Shown here one piece after another: positions 1 to 8,220 of a stretch of DNA of 60,558 nt. Source of the DNA: Candidatus Binatia bacterium (GTDB taxonomy: Bacteria > Desulfobacterota > Binatia > UBA9968 > JAJDTQ01). The stretch lies in assembly GCA_022823055.1 (NCBI GenBank), contig JAJDXX010000050.1:1-60558 (forward strand), given 5' to 3'. A program made the position numbers and the translations under genes. Every line of letters begins with the position of its first letter. Within the stretch, counting starts at the first letter, position 1. The notes beneath the pieces were generated by a model. The model had not been told where the DNA came from. It did not search any database and worked only from the letters and a program-made list of their open reading frames with translations.

Positions 1-1769
1 TCGGCGGGCGCCTCGCGCTCCTCCAGCCCCTCGGCGGCGCCCGCGTGGGCCTGGGCCGCCATGAGGCGGGCGTAGGTGCCGCCCCCCGCCAAAAGCTCGG
101 CGTGGCCGCCGGTCTCGGCCACCTGCCCGCGCTCCAGCACCAGGATGCGGTCGGCGTGGATGACGCTCGACAGGCGGTGCGCGATGATCAGCGTGGTGCG
201 CCCCTCCATGAGCTTGCGCAGCGCCTCGTTGATCACCGCCTCGCTCTGGGCGTCCACGCTGGAGAGGGCCTCGTCGAGCACCAGGATGGGCGCGTCCTTG
301 AGGATCGCCCGGGCGATCGCGATGCGCTGGCGCTCGCCGCCTGACAGGCGCGCGCCGCGTTCGCCTACCACGGTTTCGTATCCTTGGGGCAGCCCGCTGA
401 TGAAGTCGTGGACGTTGGCCGCGCGCGCCGCCGCCTCGATCTCCTCCGGCGTCGCCTCCGGCCGGGCCATGCGCAGGTTGTCGGCGATGGTGCCGTAGAA
501 CAGGTACATGTCCTGGGCCACCACCGCGATGTGCCGGCGCAGCACGTCCAGCGGGATGGCGCGGATGTCGCGACCGCCCAGGAGCACGCGCCCCTCCTGC
601 GGGTCGCCGAAGCGCAGCATCAGGTTCACCAGGGTGGACTTCCCGGCGCCGCTGGGGCCCACCACGCCGAGCTTCTCGCCGGGGTGGAGCTCGAAGGAGA
701 CGCCCCGGAGCGCGGGCCGGGCGCCTTCCCGATACGCGAAGTTCACGTCCTCGAAGCGCACCTCGGGCGTGAACGCCGTTTCGGTGGCGGCCTCGGCGGG
801 CTCGGGTTCGCGCACGGTCACCGGCGCCTCCAGCAGCTTGAAGATGCCTTCGGCCGAGGCCATGGCGTCGATGCCCTGGTGGTAGAGGATCATCAGCTCG
901 CGCATGGGGCGGAAGATCTCCGCGCCCATGAGCAGGATGACGATGAGCGAGCGCAGCTCCAGCTCGCCCGCGCTCACCTTGAGGGCGCCCCAGCCCAGGG
1001 CGCAGGCGGTGCCGCCGAGGATACCGAAGGTGGTGATGCCCACCGACACCATGTTCACCGCCAGCACCCCCATGGTGGTGCGGTAGAGATGGCGCGCCCG
1101 CTCCGCCAGGCGCGCGCCCTGGGCGCGGCTCCGGCCGAAGATCTTGAGGGTGGCGATGCCCTGGATGCTGTCCAGGAAATCGGCGCTGAAGGCGCCGTAG
1201 GAGGTGCGCCGGCGCCGGCTGGTCTCCTCGTTGTAGACCATGAACAGCGGCGTGGTCACCAGCGTGATCAGCGCGAAGACCACGAAGATGATCCCGATGA
1301 CCACGTCGAAGGAAGCCATGAGGAAGAAGATCAGCACCGGCGCCACCGACGCCACCACCATCTGCGGCAGGAACTGGCCGTAGAAGACCTGGAGGCGCTC
1401 CACTCCCTCTCCCAGCGACAGCAGCACGTCGCCGGTGCGCTCCTGGTTGAAGTGGCCGGGACCCAGGTCGAGGGCATGCTCGTAGAGCTTGCCGTGGAGC
1501 GTGTTCTTGACCCGCGCCGCGGTCTCCTGGCTCACCACGTCGCGCAGGTACTGGAACACCGCGCGCAGCGCGATGAAGCCGGCCACCGCCCCCAGGTAGG
1601 GGATCAACGACGAGAACGGCTGCCCGGTGAGGACGCCGGCGATGACCAGACCGGAGAACGCCAGCCGCGAGATGCCCGCGGCCACGGCGCACAGGCCGAG
1701 CACGACGGCGGCGCCGATGCGCACGCGCACGCCGCGGGTGTGGGTCAGCAGTCGCCGGTCGAGGTACAT
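1..1769 (-). CDS. ABC transporter, fused permease + ATPase (exporter fold; CydD/IrtA/YbtP-like); 3' end lies outside the window
   Basis: Not in the ORF track (no stop in window). Manual translation from ATG 1769: MYLDRRLLTHTRGVRVRIG..., TM region, Walker A GPSGAGKST, signature LSGGERQRIAIARA, Walker B ILVLDEALS, IAHRLS; frame open to position 1. Confidence 0.9.
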   Translation of the reverse strand, partial: MYLDRRLLTHTRGVRVRIGAAVVLGLCAVAAGISRLAFSGLVIAGVLTGQPFSSLIPYLGAVAGFIALRAVFQYLRDVVSQETAARVKNTLHGKLYEHALDLGPGHFNQERTGDVLLSLGEGVERLQVFYGQFLPQMVVASVAPVLIFFLMASFDVVIGIIFVVFALITLVTTPLFMVYNEETSRRRRTSYGAFSADFLDSIQGIATLKIFGRSRAQGARLAERARHLYRTTMGVLAVNMVSVGITTFGILGGTACALGWGALKVSAGELELRSLIVILLMGAEIFRPMRELMILYHQGIDAMASAEGIFKLLEAPVTVREPEPAEAATETAFTPEVRFEDVNFAYREGARPALRGVSFELHPGEKLGVVGPSGAGKSTLVNLMLRFGDPQEGRVLLGGRDIRAIPLDVLRRHIAVVAQDMYLFYGTIADNLRMARPEATPEEIEAAARAANVHDFISGLPQGYETVVGERGARLSGGERQRIAIARAILKDAPILVLDEALSSVDAQSEAVINEALRKLMEGRTTLIIAHRLSSVIHADRILVLERGQVAETGGHAELLAGGGTYARLMAAQAHAGAAEGLEEREAPA

Positions 1770-1830
1770 GAGGGCATCCGTCTCCGTTTCTGGAAATTAG
1801 AAGGTCGCCGCCGGGAATACAAGGCCGCAT

Positions 1831-1865
1831 GCCCGCCCCCCCAATGAGTCATTGGGGGGGCAGGC
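1831..1865. other. GC-rich hairpin GCCCGCCCCCCCAATGAGTCATTGGGGGGGCAGGC in divergent intergenic region
   Basis: Near-perfect inverted repeat; the CCCCAATGAGTCATT core also flanks repeat copies at ~4520-4540 and ~7268-7282. Confidence 0.6.
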
Positions 1866-1880
1866 CGACGTATTAGGAAC

Positions 1881-1905
1881 AAAAATTAGAGTATGCTAAC
1901 TTTTT
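1881..1905. promoter_or_regulatory. Putative DtxR/MntR/SirR-family operator AAAAA-TTAG-N6-CTAA-CTTTTT
   Basis: Palindrome TTAGAGTATGCTAA with A/T flanks matches the TTAG-N6-CTAA core of DtxR-family boxes; a DtxR-family gene lies in the downstream operon. Confidence 0.7.
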
Positions 1906-1908
1906 CTC

Positions 1909-1937
1909 TTGCATTAAAGATATAAACTGAGTATGGA
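1909..1937 (+). promoter_or_regulatory. Putative sigma70 promoter TTGCAT-N17-TATGGA
   Basis: 17-bp spacing, AT-rich, between the operator and ATG 1972. Confidence 0.45.
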
Positions 1938-1971
1938 GGCCAGAAATAACTTGTGAAGGGAGACCTAATCA

Positions 1972-3006
1972 ATGGCAGGAAGACAGTTGGCGAACAGGAT
2001 GCTGGTGTCCTTGGCGGCGATCGTTGGCCTCTCCATCAGTGTCGCGGGGACCGCCGTCGCGGACGGCGAGGTCAACATCTACTCCTACCGGCAGCCGTTC
2101 CTCATCAAGCCGATGCTGAACGCCTTCACCCAACAGACCGGCATCAAGGCCAACGTGGTGTTCGCGCCCAAGGGAATGATCGAACGCCTCAAGCGCGAGG
2201 GCAGGAACAGCCCCGCCGACATGATCCTGACCGTGGACATCGGGCGGATCAACGACGCCGTGGAAGCCGGGGTGCTGCAGCCCGTCACAAGCAAGAAGCT
2301 CGCGGCCAACATTCCGTCGCACGACCGGGACCCGTCGGGCCTGTGGTACGCGCTCACGAGACGGGCTCGCGTGGTCTACGCCTCCAGGGAGAGGGTGAAG
2401 CCGGGCGACCTTTCGACCTACGAGGCCCTGGTCGATCCCAAATGGAAGGGCCGCATCTGCATCCGTTCGTCGCAGCACTCCTACAACGTGGCCCTGCTCG
2501 CGTCCCTTGTGGCGCACCACGGCGAGGCCAAGGCCGAGGAATGGGCGCGGGGACTCAAGGCCAACCTGGCGCGCAAGCCTCAAGGCAACGACCGCGCGCA
2601 GGTCAAGGCCGTCTTCGCGGGCGAATGCGACCTGACCCTCGGCAACACCTACTACATGGGCAAGATGCTCACCAACGAGAAGCAGATCGCGTGGGCGGAG
2701 TCCGTGTTTCTATTCTTCCCCAACCAGGACGGCCGCGGCGCCCACATGAACATCAGCGGCGCCGGCGTCACCAGGCACGCGGCGCGCAAGGAGAACGCCG
2801 TCAAGCTGCTGGAATTCCTCAGCGACGACCTGGCGCAGAAGATGTACGCGGAGCAGAACTTCGAGTATCCGGTGAAGCCCGGCGTGCCTTGGTCCGGCCT
2901 GGTGGAGTCCTGGGGCAAGTTCAAGGCCGACAGCATCGACATGATCAAGGTCGCCAAGAACCGCCCGACCGCCATCCGGATCTTCGACCGCGTGGGCATT
3001 CCGTAG
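1972..3006 (+). CDS. Fe(3+) ABC transporter substrate-binding protein (FutA/FbpA family)
   Basis: Signal peptide; VNIYSYRQ, EGRNSPAD, PQGNDRAQ, GNTYYMG (tandem Tyr iron ligands), HMNISG; RBS GGGAG. Confidence 0.92.
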   Translation: MAGRQLANRMLVSLAAIVGLSISVAGTAVADGEVNIYSYRQPFLIKPMLNAFTQQTGIKANVVFAPKGMIERLKREGRNSPADMILTVDIGRINDAVEAGVLQPVTSKKLAANIPSHDRDPSGLWYALTRRARVVYASRERVKPGDLSTYEALVDPKWKGRICIRSSQHSYNVALLASLVAHHGEAKAEEWARGLKANLARKPQGNDRAQVKAVFAGECDLTLGNTYYMGKMLTNEKQIAWAESVFLFFPNQDGRGAHMNISGAGVTRHAARKENAVKLLEFLSDDLAQKMYAEQNFEYPVKPGVPWSGLVESWGKFKADSIDMIKVAKNRPTAIRIFDRVGIP

Positions 3007-3062
3007 AGATCCGTTTCCCGCTAAAGTGACCGGTGAACCCCTTTGACAGAGGAGGAAAGCAC

Positions 3063-3557
3063 ATGAAAGGCGACCCCAGGGTCCTCAAGGCGCTCAACGA
3101 TGTCCTGCGGAAAGAACTAACCGGGATCAACCAGTACTTCATGCATTCGCGCATGTGCCGGAACTGGGGCTACCAGGTCCTGGACGACGTCATCTTCAAG
3201 GAATCCATCGAGGAGATGCAGCACGCGGATAGGATCATCAACCGCATCCTGACCCTGGACGGGGTTCCCAACGTTGCCGGTTACGACAAGATCATGGTGG
3301 GGAAGACCGTCAAGGAGCAGTTCGAGAACGATCACGGCCTGGAAGAGGAGGCCATCAAGGTGCTGCAGGAGAGCATCGCGACCTGCCAGGAACACGCCGA
3401 CCACGTGAGTCGCGAGCTGCTGGAGCAGATTCTCGCGGATGAGGAAAATCACGCGGACTGGATCGAAGCGCAACTCCGCCTGATGGAGGAGGTCGGCCAG
3501 GAGAACTATCTGGCGCAACAGATCTACAATACCGGGGGCGGCGGAGGCGCCGCCTGA
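3063..3557 (+). CDS. bfr: Bacterioferritin
   Basis: MKGDPRVLKALNDVLRKELTGINQYFMH, ESIEEMQHAD (heme Met, ferroxidase ligands), DEENHADW; RBS GAGGAGG before ATG 3063. Confidence 0.96.
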   Translation: MKGDPRVLKALNDVLRKELTGINQYFMHSRMCRNWGYQVLDDVIFKESIEEMQHADRIINRILTLDGVPNVAGYDKIMVGKTVKEQFENDHGLEEEAIKVLQESIATCQEHADHVSRELLEQILADEENHADWIEAQLRLMEEVGQENYLAQQIYNTGGGGGAA

Positions 3558-3596
3558 GCACGCCGCCGGGTTCGTCATCGACAGGGTGGAACCATC

Positions 3597-4262
3597 GTGG
3601 CCGAAAAGCGTTCGGAAGCGACCGAAGACTACCTCAAGGCCATCTACAGCCTTGCGGAGGAGAACGACCAGGTCATCGCCGCGCGGGTGGCGGAAGACAT
3701 CGGCGTGACGCCTTCGACCATGTTCAGCGCCCTGCGGCGGCTCGAGAAGGAAGAGTTCGTGCGCGTGGAGCGGCGCAAGAACATCTACCTGACCTCCAAG
3801 GGCCGGGACGTGGCCGAGGCCATCCTGCGACGGCACTTCCTCACCGAACGGCTGCTGACGGACCTGTTGGGGCTCGACTGGGTCACGGCGCACCAGGAGG
3901 CGCACCACCTGGAGCACGCCATTTCGCCGGTGGTGGAAGAGCGCCTGGCCGCGATCCTCGACAATCCTTCCACCTGCCCCCACGGCAACCCCATCCCCGT
4001 GAAGGGAGAGGCCTCCCCGCGCCGTCAGTGGATCCCCCTGAACACCGCGGAAGCGGGCAACTCGGTCATCTTCCGCTGCATCACCGAGACCGGGGAGCGC
4101 GACGAGCGGCTGCTCTCGTTTCTGTACGACCACAACGTCCGTCCCGGTGCGAATATCGATGTTCTCGACGTCGCCCCATCCCTCGGGACCATCAGCCTGC
4201 GGGTAGGGGAGGACGAGGTGGTCCTCGGTCTGGAGGCGGCCAAGAAGATCTACGTGCAGTGA
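3597..4262 (+). CDS. DtxR/MntR-family metal-dependent repressor with C-terminal FeoA/SH3-like domain
   Basis: EDYLKAIY wHTH, RRHFLTERLL, EAHHLEH, CPHGNPIP linker. Confidence 0.93.
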   Translation: MAEKRSEATEDYLKAIYSLAEENDQVIAARVAEDIGVTPSTMFSALRRLEKEEFVRVERRKNIYLTSKGRDVAEAILRRHFLTERLLTDLLGLDWVTAHQEAHHLEHAISPVVEERLAAILDNPSTCPHGNPIPVKGEASPRRQWIPLNTAEAGNSVIFRCITETGERDERLLSFLYDHNVRPGANIDVLDVAPSLGTISLRVGEDEVVLGLEAAKKIYVQ

Positions 4263-4292
4263 CCGGAGCGTGGACGCGAGCTCCTTCTTTCC

Positions 4293-4555
4293 GTCATTCC
4301 CGCTTTCCAGGTTGTGTCAAAACCCCGCACGAATAGGGAATGGCACGGCCGCCCCGAATCGTCATTCCCGCGGAAGCGGGAATCCAGGGGTGGAGAGGGG
4401 CCAAACGGGCGTATTCCCCGCCTCGCCCCCGCCTGGATTCCCGCTTCCGCGGGAATGACGGTATGGGGGGTTGCTACCTATTCTCATCCGAGCGGGGTTT
4501 TGACACAGCCTGTTTCGCGGGCATGACTCATTGGGGTGTAGCGGGATTCCGTAAC
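4293..4555. repeat. Nested palindromic REP/MITE-like element, copy A
   Basis: Outer arms ...AGGTTGTGTCAAAAC / GTTTTGACACAGCCT... enclosing inverted GTCATTCCCGCGGAAGCGGGAATCCAGG / CCTGGATTCCCGCTTCCGCGGGAATGAC. Confidence 0.9.
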
Positions 4556-4600
4556 GCCTCCGAGTGGACCCGGACGCCGCCAGCGAGGTGACGGACTGGG

Positions 4601-5464
4601 CTACACCAGCGAGGCCATGGCCACGCCCGCGGCGACTACCGCCATCCAGAGCATCCGCCGGACGCCGATCCGGTCCCCCAGCCAGATGCGCGCGGCCACC
4701 GCGGTGACGGCGGCGAAGCAGGAGAACCCGATGGCCGCGCCGACCCTCCCGCCGCCGGCGGAACCGGTCAGGAACAGGCCCAGGGCACCCGTTTCCAGGA
4801 ACGCCTGCACGAGCACGAGCGACCAGGTCGTCCCGCGCGGCCAGGCCAGCGGGCTGCGTCGCCGTTCGAGAGCCATGAAGCCCAGCGCGCCGGCCAGGGC
4901 GAAGGCGCGGTTCAGGTACACCGCCGGGACCGGGCCGAGCGCGGTGCCGGCCTCCTGCGCGAGGAACATGCGCACCGCCACCGTGACGGCGGCGCCGAGC
5001 CCCAGGAGCGCGGTGACGCGCAACCAATGCCGGTCGTAGCGCTCCTTCCCCGGCCGGTCGGGCCGGGCCAGCATGGCGACGCCCGTGAAAACCGTGAGCG
5101 CCGCGACCCCTTGCAGCCAGTGATACGGATGACCGGCCAGGACGTTGAGCCCCACGAGCATCACCGTGAAGCTCGACGTGGCGGGGGATGCCACCGTCAC
5201 CGGCCCTCGCACCAGCGCACGGAAGAGCAGCGCCAGCACCGCGACGTTCAGGAAACCGGACACGGCCGAGGCGCCCCAGCCCCAGGTGTTCCACGCGGGC
5301 CAGCCGCCGCTCGCCGCGAACCAGGTCGTCATGACGGCGAACGGGGGGACCATGATGAGGGCGATGAGCACGGACAGGGAAATACGGCTCGCCGTCACCC
5401 GCGCCACGCAATCGGAAACGCCGATCAGCGTGGCGCCGCACAACCCCCACAACAGTCCGTTCAT
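4601..5464 (-). CDS. EamA/DMT-family transporter
   Basis: About 10 hydrophobic segments in two repeats (GPVTVASP; WLGDRIG); likely start MNGLLWGL at 5464 with RBS GGAGG; the longer track ORF is a spurious extension. Confidence 0.85.
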   Translation of the reverse strand: MNGLLWGLCGATLIGVSDCVARVTASRISLSVLIALIMVPPFAVMTTWFAASGGWPAWNTWGWGASAVSGFLNVAVLALLFRALVRGPVTVASPATSSFTVMLVGLNVLAGHPYHWLQGVAALTVFTGVAMLARPDRPGKERYDRHWLRVTALLGLGAAVTVAVRMFLAQEAGTALGPVPAVYLNRAFALAGALGFMALERRRSPLAWPRGTTWSLVLVQAFLETGALGLFLTGSAGGGRVGAAIGFSCFAAVTAVAARIWLGDRIGVRRMLWMAVVAAGVAMASLV

Positions 5465-5686
5465 GACATTCCTCCGTCTCCGGCCTCCTTGGCTTCTCCT
5501 TCCCACGTTCCTTTCAGACTCTCCGGCCGCCGGCAAACGCGGACTCGAAATGTCCCCGAGACTGTGGTACGGCTCAAAGGAGAAGGCCCGTTCCGAGGTG
5601 GTTCCGGGAAGGAACTCCCCGGGCTTGGAACGGGCATGACACGGGTCCCCTGAAGCAGGCGCGAACGGACGAGAAGGGAGAACGGG

Positions 5687-7120
5687 ATGCAGCCGGTAAC
5701 CGACATGCGGAGCTACCTTGAGCGGCTCGACGAGATGGGCGAGATCAAGCACATCGAGGGGGCGGACCTCGACACGGACGTGGGGGCGCTGACCGAGCAC
5801 ATGGGCGACATCGAGTCGCAGGCGCTGCTGTTCGACGGCTTCGCGGGGTTTCCCAAGGGTTTCCGCATCATCTCCAACCTGTTCCGCACCTGCCCGCGCT
5901 CGGCGGTGGCCATGGGTCTGCCCACGGACGTGAAGGGAGTGGACTTCCTTCACGCCTGGCGCAAGCGCGCGCTGGAGTTCCAGCCGCTGCCCTACGAGCA
6001 GGTGGAAGGCGGGCCGGTGTTCGACAACCAGATGGAAGAGGACGAGGTGGACCTGACCCGGTTCCCCACGCCCATGTGGCACGACCTCGACGGCGGGCGC
6101 TACATCGGCACCGGGTGCGGCATCATCACCAAGGACCCGGAGTCCGGCGGCATCAACATCGGCACCTACCGGGTGATGATCCAGGAGAAGAACAAGGTCT
6201 CGGTCAAGATGAACAAGGGCAAGCACGGGCGCCTCGCCATGGAGCGCGCCCACGCCCGCGGCGAGGCCCTGCCCGTGGCCATCACCCTGGGACAGGAGCC
6301 CAGCGTCATGCTGTCGTCGCAGATGCCGTTGCCGCCGTCGGTGAACGAGTACGAGTTCGCCGGCTGGATGCAGGGCAGCCCCATCCCGGTGGTGCGCGGC
6401 GCCGTCACCGGCCTGCCCATCCCGGCCAACGGCGAGGTGGTGCTGGAAGGGGAGATCCCGCCGCTGCCGCCGGAGCAGCTCCCCAAGGAGGGTCCCTTCG
6501 GCGAGTGGCCGGGCTATTACACCGAGGCCACCGAGGGCGACGTGCCGCTCATGACCGTCAAGCGGGTGTACTACCGGAACGACCCCATCATCCTGGGCGC
6601 CCCGCCGGTGCGGCCGCCCAACAGCTACCTGCCCATTCCCCTAGGCGCCATCACGCTGTGGGAGCAGTTGGAAAAGGCCGGCATCCCGGACGTGAAGGGG
6701 GTCTGGGGTTTCGTCTACGGCGGCCAGCCCGGCCCGTTCACGGTCATTTCCATCAAGCAGCGCTACACCGGCCACGCCAAGCAGGCGCTGCTGGTGGCCG
6801 CCGGCGCCCGCGCCGGCGCCTACGGCGGCAAGATGGTGGTAGTGGTGGACGACGACGTGGACATCACCAACCCCGGCGAGGTCATCTGGGCCATCTCCAC
6901 CCGCTGCGACCCCCGCGAGGGCATCGACATCGTGAAGAACGTGTGGGCCTCGGTGTGCGAGCCGGTCATCTCCCCCATGGACCGGGACACCAAGGGGTAC
7001 GTCACCGACCGCGTGCTCATCGACGCCTGCCGCCCGTACCAGTGGATCGACCGCTTCCCGCCGGTGAACGCGTTCGAGCCAAAGTACAAGCAGGACGTCG
7101 CCAAGAAGTGGGGAGTTTAG
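5687..7120 (+). CDS. UbiD-family (prFMN-dependent) decarboxylase
   Basis: DMRSYLERL, RFPTPMWHDLDGGRYIGT, NIGTYRV, EGPFGEWPGYY, VVVVDDDVDI, WAISTRCDP, IDAC. Confidence 0.93.
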   Translation: MQPVTDMRSYLERLDEMGEIKHIEGADLDTDVGALTEHMGDIESQALLFDGFAGFPKGFRIISNLFRTCPRSAVAMGLPTDVKGVDFLHAWRKRALEFQPLPYEQVEGGPVFDNQMEEDEVDLTRFPTPMWHDLDGGRYIGTGCGIITKDPESGGINIGTYRVMIQEKNKVSVKMNKGKHGRLAMERAHARGEALPVAITLGQEPSVMLSSQMPLPPSVNEYEFAGWMQGSPIPVVRGAVTGLPIPANGEVVLEGEIPPLPPEQLPKEGPFGEWPGYYTEATEGDVPLMTVKRVYYRNDPIILGAPPVRPPNSYLPIPLGAITLWEQLEKAGIPDVKGVWGFVYGGQPGPFTVISIKQRYTGHAKQALLVAAGARAGAYGGKMVVVVDDDVDITNPGEVIWAISTRCDPREGIDIVKNVWASVCEPVISPMDRDTKGYVTDRVLIDACRPYQWIDRFPPVNAFEPKYKQDVAKKWGV

Positions 7121-7141
7121 GAGGGCAATAACCCCCGAATC

Positions 7142-7439
7142 GTCATTCCCCGCGAAACAGGCTGTGTCAAAACACCATCTGAGAGAGGCGCCAACCCCCG
7201 GAATCGTCATTGATATGAAAATAAAATCTGGTTCAATGATTTCTGGTAGTTATGGAATCCCGCTACACCCCAATGAGTCATTCCCGCGGAAGCGGGAATC
7301 CAGGCGGGGTGGGGCCGGGCAATGAGGCCGCCACACCCCCACCCATGGATTCCCGCTTTCGCGGGAATGACGACTCGGGGCGTTGGCGCCAATTCTTGTT
7401 CGGGCAACGTCTTGACACGGCCTGTTCCGCGGGAATGAC
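7142..7439. repeat. Nested palindromic element, copy B (interrupted by AT-rich segment ~7211-7248)
   Basis: GTCATTCCCCGCGAAACAGGCTGTGTCAAAAC ... inner doublet ... GTCTTGACACGGCCTGTTCCGCGGGAATGAC. Confidence 0.9.
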
Positions 7440-7492
7440 GTATGCGGCGCGTCGGCGCCCCTGGAGGCCGGTCCCATGAAGGGATGGAGCGC

Positions 7493-8116
7493 ATGAAGGC
7501 TATTCTCTGCAGGACGTTGACGGCCGCGGCGCTGGCCTTGTCGGTCGTGCTGGCGCCGGCCACGGATGCGTCCGCCCACAAGTCCGTCCTCAAGGTCGAG
7601 TTCGCGGAACGGCGCGAGTTCGACGTCCTCATCGAGGACTTCACGCTAACCGACCAGAACGGCGAGCGCGTGCGGTTCGGGAACCTCCGGGGCAAGCCGG
7701 TGGTGATCAACTTCATGTACACGTCGTGCCCGGACATCTGCCCGCTGCTGACCGCGAGCCTCAAGATCCTGCGCGACCACATGAAGCCGGTGGAGGCCCG
7801 GGACATCCGTTTCCTGTCCATCACCACCGACCCCGAGGTGGACACGCCCAAGGTGCTCAAGGCCTACAGCCGGCGCCACAAGGCGGACGCGCCCAACTGG
7901 TCGTGGCTCACGGGCGACGCCCGCGAGCTGGCGCCGGTGTGGCAGGGCTTCGGCGTGAGCGTGGAGCGCATCGCCAAGGGACTCATCGAGCACACCACGC
8001 TGACGGTGGTGGCGGACGCCAAGGGGTACATGCGCTTCGCCTACTTCGGCTCCGCGCCGGATCCGGACGTGCTGCTCAAGGACCTGCGGGCGCTGGCCAA
8101 GGAGCCCGCCGCCTGA
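7493..8116 (+). CDS. SCO1/SenC-family copper-binding thioredoxin-fold protein
   Basis: Signal peptide, DFTLTDQNG, FMYTSCPDICP (CxxxC), DPEVDTP, conserved His in IEHT. Confidence 0.92.
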   Translation: MKAILCRTLTAAALALSVVLAPATDASAHKSVLKVEFAERREFDVLIEDFTLTDQNGERVRFGNLRGKPVVINFMYTSCPDICPLLTASLKILRDHMKPVEARDIRFLSITTDPEVDTPKVLKAYSRRHKADAPNWSWLTGDARELAPVWQGFGVSVERIAKGLIEHTTLTVVADAKGYMRFAYFGSAPDPDVLLKDLRALAKEPAA

Positions 8117-8220
8117 CTTCCTGCCTCCCCGATCCCTTCGAAGCGCATCCTCCACGGGAGGTGGTGGATCGGTTTGACTCACTACCTCCTGGTCGGCGTC
8201 GTTGACCCGCCTCGGGCGGC

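Noticed and set aside
384-1847. 487-aa plus-strand ORF and other long shadow ORFs (e.g. 37864-40713, 44534-47314, 11206-13506)
   Set aside because: Antisense or off-frame shadows of recognisable genes in GC-rich DNA; no motifs of their own.
4270-4591. Short ORFs with RHSRGSGNP / VIPAEAGI / LDSRFRGND / SFPRKRES peptides (also near 7.2, 31, 40.7, 44.5, 47 and 50.4 kb)
   Set aside because: They are translations of the palindromic repeat, not genes.
5586-5636. Hairpin GCCCGTTCCGAG...CTTGGAACGGGC between the EamA and UbiD genes as an ncRNA
   Set aside because: Single copy with no promoter, terminator or family motif to support it.
8157-8190. Hairpin GGAGGTGGTG...CACTACCTCC before the fusion gene as a metal riboswitch
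   Set aside because: A single stem with no recognisable yybP-ykoY, NiCo or M-box features.
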